From the NCBI GenBank assembly GCA_002438625.1, contig DJPS01000016.1:1-58678 (forward strand): DNA of 58,678 nt, in the 5' to 3' direction. Below, piece after piece: positions 19,701 to 31,700 of this stretch. Each line of letters begins with the position of its first letter. The stretch's first letter is position 1. The notes under the pieces were generated by a model. The model saw only the letters and a program-made list of their open reading frames with translations, was not told the origin of the DNA and made no database searches. The position numbers were made by a program, and so were the translations under genes. Source of the DNA: Christensenella sp. UBA6406. Its GTDB lineage: Bacteria; Bacillota; Clostridia; Christensenellales; UBA1242.

Positions 19701-22700
19701 AGATGTTTCATCACCACTTAAAACCAAGTTGTTTAATGATAAATTTTCAGCATTTCCAATTATTCCGCCAACATAGGCTATTTTATTAGAATAGATGCTT
19801 ATTTCCATTCCGCTATAAGAATAATTAATTGATGTTGCAGATGAATCATTAGAATCTAAAACCTTTAAGACATTGTTACCAACAAGCCCACCAACATACA
19901 TAAATTGAGCAGTGTTAGCATTTAATGTTCCATAGGCATTTATACGATTATTCTGTATTGCTTGATTTGTTTTAGCATAGTTATGGAACTCGCCATAAAT
20001 TCCGCCCATTGCAAGATATTTAGCATTACCACTAAAATCTATATCAACATACGCATTTGTTTGATTTGACAAATTGCTTGCGTTCATACTTGTAACGATT
20101 GAACTTCCAACAATTCCGCCAACTTTTGCGATTGAGTTTATATTTTCAACATTAACCTTACTGTTATTATTGAAAGCACCTAAATAGACACTACTTATAA
20201 CTGCGTTCGTACTTTCGCCAAGCAAACCGCCTACATAAGCCCATTCACCGCTTGAGCAATTTACATTCACATAAGCATAGAAGTTTCTAATATTACCAGA
20301 ATCAATTCTTCCAGCCAAACCGCCAACTCTTATGTATTTTGCACTTGCATCTACAGAAATAGTTATGTTGCTATTTGTTCTACCTTGAATGCTTGCATTA
20401 TTTGCAATTAACATACTTCCATTAAAGCCAACCAAACCGCCAACATACAAGTTATCACACTTAGAATCAGTTTCACTAACTTTAACAGTTGAACTTCCGC
20501 TAGGTAAACTTGTTAAACTAACTTCACTAACTAACCTAAACGCATATTCTTCCGTTGCTGTCTTTTGCGTATAAACACCAAATTGCATATTTGTTGCAAA
20601 GTCAAAATATCCAAAAGTTGTTCTATCGTACAATTTAACTATTGCACTATATCCAATAAGTCCACCAAAGTATAAGTTATGTGTAGGCGTGTAATTATTA
20701 ATGAGTTCTATATTTCCGCTAAATGAGCAAGAATTTAAAACTATTGTCCCACTGACGTCACCAACAATTCCGCCAACTTTACAGCCGTTTATCTTTAATG
20801 TTCCAAGTGATAACGCTTTCGCATTTGAACTTGTAACTTGTGGATTACTTACACAAATTACCCTAACATTATTTAAACTACTTGCTTCATCTTGTGCAGA
20901 TACCACACCAAACCTTTCAACATAAGTGCTTGAATAATTTGCTCCTATTATAAAGAAGTTTATTTCTGAAATTGTTGCACGCTTAGTCGATACAAAGAAA
21001 CCAATGTTTTCATTCTTATTTGCAGGGGCAAATAATGCTGTGTAATCAATGTTGTAGAAATTTGTTGATATTAAATTATCTTTATCATCTGTTCTTGCTG
21101 ATAACAATTTACCTGTAAAGGTTCGCTTAACAAATGATGTTACTCCGCTAAAATCAAGGTCATTCATTATTCTAAATGTTTTATAAGGAGATTCATTTAT
21201 TGCTTTAATTAATTGTTCCGCCGTATAAATCTCTTCTTCATTTAATTTGTTTCCTAACCTTAGTTCTGGATATTCACCCCAATATCTATCCCAAATTGAG
21301 CCACCACTTACATTCAACAATTCCAAAAGGAAAGTTGTAACATGTGCAAAATTAGTGCTATCAATTTCATAAATATCATTTAAGGTTATTGAACTTAAAC
21401 TTCTTTCAAGCTCATAATCTAGTTCAGAACTGTTACCTAGCAAGTTAGCATCATTCTTACCAACCATTCTTAAAGCAACACTGCCACTTACTCCGTTGCT
21501 ACCAGAGAATAAATTTTTGCCATTAAATTTGATTTGATTAATAGAATATAATGCACCAACATCTGTTGTTATCTTACTATCTTCAATAGGAGATACATAG
21601 CCCACATATGTTCCTGCGTAATAATTTGTTCCATCAGTCCTAAATGTAGTCTTTGCCGTGCTGTAATCCCAATAATTTAGTGCATAAAGTGTTCTAAGTG
21701 TAATTACATAAGGATTTGTCTTATTGTCTTGGTCCTTAATGACTCTACCAGCCAAATAATTAACCCTACCAATTAAACCACCTGCATAATAATTGTCATT
21801 TTCTTCCGTTTCACTTGCCTTTGTTACAATATTTCCACTTGCATATGCACTGCTGATTTCTCCGCCATAAGTTACGCCTACAAGCCCACCGAAATATTGT
21901 TCAGTAACCTCATCTAAATCGCTTGAAATGTTAGGGTCAACAATATCAACTCTTGTATAACTGTTTGTAACAATTCCACCATAATTGATACCTACGACAC
22001 CACCGACATACCAAAGTTTTCCGTTAAATAAATTTGTCTTACCAAAGTTACCAGTTGCACCAGTTTTTAAATATGTCTTAATAGCATTATCAACTTTTGC
22101 TTGATTTTCATCGCTGTGTCTAACTTTTGCGTGATTGATAGAACCATAGTTCACGCCCACAATTCCGCCAGCACAATATGTTGAATAAATTTGTTGCCTA
22201 TTTTCGCTATCATCATACTTCACTTCAAATGAAATATCATAAACCGCACTGCTTTCGCCTAAATAGCCGAACACACCACCAACATATTCTCCACTTACTG
22301 AAACATCCCCACTTACTGAAACAAATTTAATATTTGCATTATTCATAAGCACAAATTCTTCATATGGAAGTTCAGTAGATAAATCAGCAATACCTGCAAC
22401 CGAACCCGCATGAGATATCTTTCTAACATTTTCTTGCTTGTCGTAAACAAGTGGCTTTTCTTGTTTTTCGCTTGCTTTATAAACTGCTTGCACTGATGCA
22501 CTGCTGTTTATTCTATTTAAAACGCTTTGCCCACTTATTATACCCGCAAGTCCGCCAACGACATTATATGCTTGCATAACTGAATCCGATGATACATTAA
22601 TATTTAATATATTTGTATCTTCAACAATTCCTGCCAATCCGCCCATATAACTTACATTTAGTGCATTTGCTTCCAAAATATGCAAACTTAAATTTTTAAT

Positions 22701-25700
22701 TGTTGTAAACTTACCGTTCGCACTATCTGCATAAATCTTTTTAAACAATCCTATGCTTAAAGTTTCGCTATCATTAGCACTTGAATTTATACGAATATTA
22801 GATAATTTATAACCATTACCATCAATAGAGACATTACATAAAGTTACATCTTTTGTCATATTATCACCAGCAACATCATTAAAATCAATATTACTAATGA
22901 TTCTATAATATTTGTTGTCTATAACTTTATCCGTTTCTTTATAGTCTTGATTGAAATAGAAATTAAAATCTTCCGCATTTGCAATTAGATATGGGTTAGT
23001 CTTTGCACCAAGATGAGCATTCACACCAAAGATGTATGTAAATGTTCCATCATCATATCTCACCATTGCCCTTGTTGATTTTGCTATATCATTCGCACTT
23101 ACAAGTTCAGGATAACCTTGCTCCATTGTCCAAACTGAATCATAAACATCTGTAACACTAAAACTGAAATTATTAAATTTAAGTTCTACTGCAAATTCTT
23201 CGCTTGTCAACGCAACCACACCTTCACCCAAACTTGAAGTTTCATACGCTTCATCACCAAGTTTCAAATAATAGCAATTTTCTATTCCGTTAGGGTTTTG
23301 ATTTTGTACATTAGACTTAGCATCAACACCAATAAATGGCATATGTAATGCACTATTTGTTAAAACCTTGCTTGCACTATAAGAGGTTTTAATTGTTCCG
23401 CTACTCTCGTTTGAGAATACAAACCCACCCGTTCTAGCATTGCTAGATAGAGTTATATTTGAATATGAATCGCTTATATCGCCATTGTTCTCATATACAA
23501 AACCGCCAATGTTTCCATTTGAAATTAATGCACCATATTTGCTTCTATAGTTTTCTAATATGAATCCACCTTTAACATAAGAAAACATAATCTCGCCTTG
23601 ATTTCTTACGACAAAGCCCGCAGTTTTGCTATCTGTTGCACTAGGATTTGTGTTGTAAACAAACAAATTACTTACAAAACTTGAAGCAATATGCCCTGAG
23701 TTCGTATAAGCAAAGCCCGCAACACTTCCCTTAACTTTAAGTTGAATAAATGCATTGTTATCTTCACCAACTCTACTGTTTGTGATATCTCCATTATTAT
23801 CTAAAACAAATGCACCCATAGTCAAGTCAGTGTCTGTTCCGCCAATGTTCGCAGTTGTTTTAATTTCAAGCGTTTTCATTGTTGAAACAGTTTCAATTTC
23901 AACACCATTTATAACAGTTGACCTATCATAACTTACTTCACCGCTTGACAAACTTTCATAAGATACCGCACAATTTGTAACAATACCATTATTATAAAGA
24001 GCAAAGAAACCAATATTTATGCTTGAATAAGCAGATAAATCTATTGAATTTAATTCACTTATATTAACAGTAACATTTTTAATTATCGTACCTTCACTAA
24101 TTGTTCCGAACAAACCTAATTCTATAGAATTTCCACTTGCAACCGCTTCAATATCAAAAGTCTTAATTATTAAACTGTAACCATTTCCATCAAAACTTGA
24201 AATTGCCGTACTTATAGGTTTATATGCTGTTAAAGTGATATCATTCATCAAAATGTAATGTTCACCCGCTGTCATTCCCTCAAAATCTGCTTGCGTATAA
24301 ACAGGTAGAGGCAAATCCATATCACTAAATGTAACAATATTAAATGAATATTCTTGCTCAAAAATCATAAATGTTTCTGGCAAGTCATAATCGCTATAAA
24401 CTTTTATATTGTAATTATCATATTCATCAAAGCCATATTTTAAAGTGTATTTTAATCCAAAATTAGAACCCGTTGATAAACCTATTAAATACGCTTTACC
24501 CGTGCTAACATCTTCTTTAATATAAAACTTAGAATTTGGAGTTATTTCAGTTTCTACTGAGCCATAGACATTATTAGATATCTTTTTGCTAAATTTAGAA
24601 ATATCATATCTAATAGAATTTTCCAACTTGCCCATCTTTGCTTCCAACCCTAATTCAAAAGTTGCAGTTGCTGGAAGAAGAGAGTTTAAAGTTATACTAG
24701 AATCTGATTTTAAAACCAAATTATAATCATCATCATAAACAAATCTTTTACCTTCAAAATTTGTGCCACTTGCATTCATAAACACAAATTCGTTATAAGA
24801 TTTAGCAAGATATAATTTCTTTCCACTTGCAAGTTTAATTGTGCCATAGAAATATCCGTTATAAATGCCTTCACTTTCCGTGCTTAAACTTGAATACATT
24901 CTTCTCGCCACTTCAAAAGTAGGAGCAGATTTAAAGAATATTTTAGAAACACCAATTTCATAGTATTCTTGCATATTCATTCTTAAATAATTGCTTTCAT
25001 TATTAAATGAATATAAATCTATATCATCAATTAAATAATCAATAACAATCAATTCCAATTCGCTATAAACACTCTTTGAAATGCCGTTCTCTTCATAATC
25101 AACAACAACCAAAACTGTTATTTTTGTGCCACTTGGAATTCCGATTCCAACATAAATTGTATCTTTATAAACTTCCCTACCATTTACAATATCATAGTTG
25201 TTTGATTGCGTGTAAATAACTTTTTCAACTTCGCTTTCACTTAGCATCAACTCTTCGTTATCTAAAACAGCAGTTGGATTATATGTTTGTCCCGCAAAAG
25301 TTCTTCCCATTGTAACTTTAAGATTTGTCGTTGTTCCTCTAACAACATAATGCGTTGTTGATTCTTCTTCTAACTCAACCTTAACAAAAGGAATCTCTTT
25401 TACATTTAAATCAATAGTTTTAACGGCAGAAACCTGTAAAACGCCATTTTCATCATAGGTGTATGCCGTAACCTTAACAGGCAAGATTGTCCCTTCTGGC
25501 AAATTATCTGAAATAAGTGTTCTTACATAGAAATTTCCATCAAAAGACTTTTCTTCATCGTAAACATTTGAATACTTTTGAAGAATCATTGCCTTACCAT
25601 CATCAGTGTATTGCGAACGTGGCTTAATTGCAGAATAGCCACCCGTTCCATCACCATATTTATTTGCAACTAATTGCGTAAATGTTATTTTTTCGCCATT

Positions 25701-28700
25701 AACTTCTTCACTTTCAACTGTTACCATATCTACATTAGAATAGAATGGGAACATATTAATGCTAAGCATACCCATAGAGTTTGAAGCAATATCAAGAGAG
25801 GCAACTTCATTCCTATTGTAAACAAATTCGCCATCACTATTTTGCTTAATCTCTCCGCTTGTGTAGTTTAGCACATCTAACCTTTGCACTTGTTGTGGTG
25901 CAAAAGTTAAAGTTATATTTTTAGTTTTATCAGCAATCAAATCTGAAACAAATGTAACATCGTATGACTTGTTTTCGGTTAGATATCGTGCAGTAAAACT
26001 ATTTTCCAAATTTGCATTTAATAAATAAATTATTTTATAAGTGCCATCTTCTAGCATCGTTGTGCTTTGATAATTTAGTGATAAATTCAAATAATCATCG
26101 CCACAACTAACAAAAGCAGTTAAACCATCGTTTTTAGAATCTGAAATCATAAATACTTCAAAACTAATCGTATCACTTGGACTGTAAACAACGCTATCAA
26201 CACTTGCTTCAATATTAATTGCACCCTCATAAATGTTTATATTTGCATTCTTAGCGTTAATTTGCTTATTGCTTGCATAAACATTTTGAGTTACAACCAC
26301 ATTTAACTCGTCTACAAATTGTGCCTTAATGAACGGCTTAAATATAATTTCATTAGAATATGATTTTATTCCTTCAAAAGACAATGTTCCAACGCTATCA
26401 ACATCCATTGTAATTTTGTCCACATAAACAGGATAGCATCTTCCGTTATAATATACACCATAACCAACCTTTCCATCTTTTGAAACTTTATCTAAAATCA
26501 ACTTGTCCACATCTAAATCATTAAACACCAAATTGTTGTTAGACATAGTTGCATAATGTTTTACATCATCTATCTCTATATAATAAGTTGCACTAAACTC
26601 TTGTTGATTTACTGTAAATTGCCCAAAATCAAAATAAGAAGTATACATATTTTGATAAATAGGATATTTACCACCATTATAAGACATAAACAAATTAATT
26701 GTGCCATCTTCGCCCGCTTCAAACACAACTGTTCCACCAGTTAAATCTTTAAATACAACATCAGAGCCCACAACTTCTGCTTTATAAACTTTCCCACCAA
26801 TAGCAGTGTAATAAGATGTTGTACCTTCTATATAAGTGTTTGATGCCTTTGATTGCATTTCAATCGTTAGACCCATTCTTTCGCTTTGCTTAAATTCAAC
26901 ATCGTTTAAAGTGCTTAGAATCTTAGCAAAAGCATCTAATTTAAAGTCCTTTCTAATGCTAATTGTTGCGCCATTATCATATTCCACACCGCTTGCGTTT
27001 GTACCACTATAAAGTTTAAATGCAGAAACAAAATTTGTTACATAAATTTGTATTGTTGTCTTTAAACTAGGATTTACAACACTTGAAATTTCAAGCAATA
27101 CAAGCCCTTCACCTTTAATTGTTATTGTGCCATTTGCATTTACTGAAACAATTTTACTTTCGTTTCCCTTTGCATCTTTTGCAACAACATTAAGCCTTAC
27201 CGCACTAAATGGAATAGGGAAAACTTCCACATCTAACACATCGCTTAAATTTACGACATTTAAGTTTCCAGCAATTTGCCTAAACTCGTATTTTTTATCA
27301 CTGCTTAAATTACTTTCAAAACTTGCATCTAATTCATAATAGAACAAAACTGCCTTAGAATCATCAACTTTAACAAATTTGTCTCCACCTTCTTTAACTG
27401 TTACGCTCATCATATCGTAAAGAACGCTAAATAAAGGAAGTTCATTAGGTCTGCATATGATTAACCTACCACCATTAAGACTTTCATCCAAATCAACATT
27501 TTTGCCGTTTACGACAATCGTTGTGCCAGGTTTAACCCATAATTTAACATCATTATAAGTTGCATTAATTAAATTTGATTCATTATAACTATTGTCCGCT
27601 TCACTAATATAATAATATGAACTAACCGCATTTATAACGCCCAAAGTTGCACCATTTGCAAAACTGAACCTTACATCTGCACCATTTGCAACACCAATCA
27701 TTTTTCCGCTTGTTGCAACAATATCACTGTAACAGCCCAAAACAAAACCATTTGTTACAAAGCCTGCAATCGTTCCAATACTTCCACTTCCGCTTATTGC
27801 ATTGCCTTTAAATGCAGTGCTTATATAACTGAATGAAATAATGCTCTTTATTTCAATATTAATTACGCTTGTTTTGCTTTCATTTTCGTACGCAATTAAG
27901 CCCCTTTCTTGACTATCCATAAAGCCAACCAAACCGCCAACTTTATCTTCACCAACAATCGCTAATTCATTGCCCGTTTCAACAACTGAATCACTAATTT
28001 GATTTGTGCTTACTCCACTTATTCCGCCAACATTACTCTTGCCTTTAATCTTACCAGTAAAATACGCATTATTTATATAATAATCATTTGCACCAACAAT
28101 TCCACCAACATTTAAAATGCTATTTGCCACAATATTTGCAGAAACGCCAACATCTTTAATCATTATCTTATTAAAGAAATCTTCCGCACTCTTTGCCTTA
28201 AAATCAATAGAAGAATCATCTTCACCTTCCGCCGTTGTTGCCGTGCTATAATCAACAATCGCACTACCAATAAATCCGCCAACAGCCGAACTTGCATAGC
28301 CCGCATCTTCAACAATTAACTCACCTAAAACAACATCTAAACCGCCATTGCCAAAATATGATTGATAAATTATTTTGCCATTATCTCCGCTTGTTGCATT
28401 CCCGCTCAAACTGCCAGTTACAGTTGCACTTAAAATTGAAGTTATTTCATTTGCAGAATTTATATAAACATTTGACTGTATTGCACCCGCAAAACCGCCA
28501 ACATAAATATCGTTATCCGTAATTGCACCGTTATCAACAACCTTCAAATGCTTCAAATCAACTGCCGTAAATCCGCCACCTAGCGTTACATTGACCCCGT
28601 TTTCAATAAAGCCAAACGCACCACCAACAAAGTTGCTCTTTTGTGCCAAATTTATGCAGTAGTTATCCACATTATCCACAAGACTTTTAACTGAAATATT

Positions 28701-31700
28701 TTCAATTTTAGTCTTTTTAACTTTTTCGTTCCTATCTATCGTATCATCAATAGTCTGCCTTACAACACCCGCAAGAATGCCCACATATAAATCAGCATTT
28801 AAGTTGCTTGCATTTATATTAAATTTAGAGCATTCAACTTCCAAATCCACAATTTGCCCGCAATTTATGCTTGCAAACAAACCAACATAGGCATTGTTTG
28901 AGCCACTCACATTCGCATCAATGCTTAAACCTGTAATTTTTGAAGTTATTTCAATTTGATTATATCCAATTTTATATTTTCCACTTAAATATCCCGTAAA
29001 TGGTCTATCATAAGCACCAATAGGTGTCCAAGATGAAATTTTAGATAAATCAATGTCATTGGCAAGCACATAATGCAAACTCATAGAATTCGTATTTTCA
29101 CCAATCGCAATTAAGTCATTTGAATCCGTTATCCTATAAGCGGTGTCAATGCTTGAACCATCTGCCACAACAATTTGTATATCTCTATACAAACTCATAT
29201 GGTCCAAATCAACATAACTATCTTCCGCTACAACCCTAAGCGTTGCAACACCACCCCTAAGTGGCATAACTCTGCCATCACTTGAAACAGTAAACACAGG
29301 CACAGCATTATCATCGTTTCTATTTTGAATGTAAATATATTTTAAATTCTTATTAAATGCATCATTTGGATAGGCAACGGCTTGAACATTATAAGAATTT
29401 CTAGTTCCAACTAAATTGTTCTCATTATCATAACTTGCAAGCCCGTCCCTAGCATCAAAATAAATTTCACTATTGAATACGTTAACAAATTTAATGTCTT
29501 GCACCATAACTGCCTTAACAACTTCAATTACACAATTTGCACTATATGTCCTTCCTTTATCCTTAACATAAGCAACAACGGTAACCACTTCGCTATCTCT
29601 ATCGCTATCCAAAATTGGACCAGCCGTAAATGTTGTCATAAGTCCATTAAATTCACTTATTGAACCAGATGAACCCACAATCTCCCAAGCTATATCTTCT
29701 TCCTTAATTGATGCATTGTTAGGATAAATAGATAAATTTAATTTTAATTGACTATGCTTTGAAATATTGTTATAGCCAACAGTTGTATAATCTTTAAGCG
29801 TTGCACTTGCATAATTTATTGCAACATTATTAATAGGTATATATCCTTCAACCGAAAAAGTTTTAGTCAACGCTTCATCATCTTGCACCACGCCAAACTC
29901 ATTATAGCCATAAATATAAACAGTTACAACCGCCCTACCAACACCTAAAATGCTCACATAACCTGTGTTGTTAGAAACTGAGACATATTGCTGTCCTTGA
30001 GCATTTACTTCATATCTAATAAGAGCAACGCTGGCATCATCATTCACCTTAACACTCGTTGAAAATCCGCCCTTAATTTTAGCAGATACATAACTTAAAG
30101 AGCCTTGCCCATCAACAACCTTTTCGCCAATAGAACCATTTTCAAATTGATTATCTCCTAAAATTATTGCACTTTCTAATTTTCCATAAACAATTATTTT
30201 TATTGTTAAATAATGCCCATTGCCACTATCAAATGTAATCTCACTTTCTCCAGCCTTTAAGCCATAAACAACATATTCTGTGTTAGATTGCTTTAAAATT
30301 CTAATATTGTCATTATCAATTTTATAAGTTATGCCAGATGTGTCCCCCGCATTGTTCCCTGTACCCAAATAAATTACAGAGCCACTTCCGCTTCCTTCGC
30401 CTTTTTCAACATAAATAGTGCTTTGACCCGTTGTTAATTCTTGTATACCTTCAAGAACTGTAAGATTAACTTTCGCCTTTACTTCATCGCCCTTGTTATA
30501 AACCTTAGCAATTTGAGAAGTTGCAGTGAATGAATATTTTGTATTTTGTGCTACTGTTGAAAGCGTGCTTTTAATGTAAATCGTTTCACCCGCCTTAACA
30601 GTAAAAGGTTCAAACCCAACAACACTTCCAGATGCATCTAAAATCGCACCAAGCCTATTGCCTTCACTATCCAAGATTAAAAGCGAATTTTGAACAGCAA
30701 GCGTATCCTCAAATTCAATAAGAATATCTGCATTTTCTTCCAAAACACTTGAAGGTGTTAAAGTAAATCTAAATGCCATTCCATAATCGCCACTTGCATA
30801 ACGATTGTAAATTGTTTTGTTAAACTCGCCACCATTAGCCTTAGAACTTTCACCATTTACATTAATGTCATAAGGAGATTCAATAACACTAACATTAAAT
30901 GTAATTTCAAGTGGCTCAATAAAGTCTTCCGCACCATCAATGCTAAACTTTAATGTAATCGCACTCTTGCCAAGCCCAACCGCTTTAACCGCCACTTTAT
31001 TTACGGAAAGTTTTTCAGCAGTAACACTTTCTCCGTTCTTAGAAATAGTTAAATTTTGGTTCATTATGTTTGCAGTATAATCTATTTCAAAAACAAATTC
31101 ACTATAATATTCAATAGTCTTAACCATTGTAAGCGTATCATAAATTGCTTGCCCATTTTGATAAAGAATTAATGAATCATTATCAGTTGAATAAACTCGC
31201 CTTATCGTTACATCTTCTTTATCCACACCCTTTATAACATTCACAGGGATGTTTGCAAACACTTCATCGCTAACCTTTGCCTTAACAACCAAACTGCCCG
31301 CACTTGTCGCATTTGTCGCATCTATAACACCAGTGTTCTCATCAATAGTAACATTTAAATTTTGCGGATTAGATTCAATGCTATATTTAATCTCCGAAAC
31401 ATTGCCATCTATTGGCGCTATCATCATACTTTCGTTAGGCCTTATAGCATTCTTATGTCCTATTGCAACATAATGTGTATAGCCCGTAACAAGTGCCATA
31501 GACTTAATTGGTTGAATAACATTTACCAAAATATCCTTATGTACTTTGCTGTTTTCAGTTAAAAACGCAACAACCTTTGCTTGACCTGCTTTTAAGCCCG
31601 TAACAGTTACACTATATCTGTCATATTTCCTTTCGCTAGAAACAAGCACAACACCTTCGTTTTCAACCCTAAACACAATGTGTGAATTCTTAAACTCGTT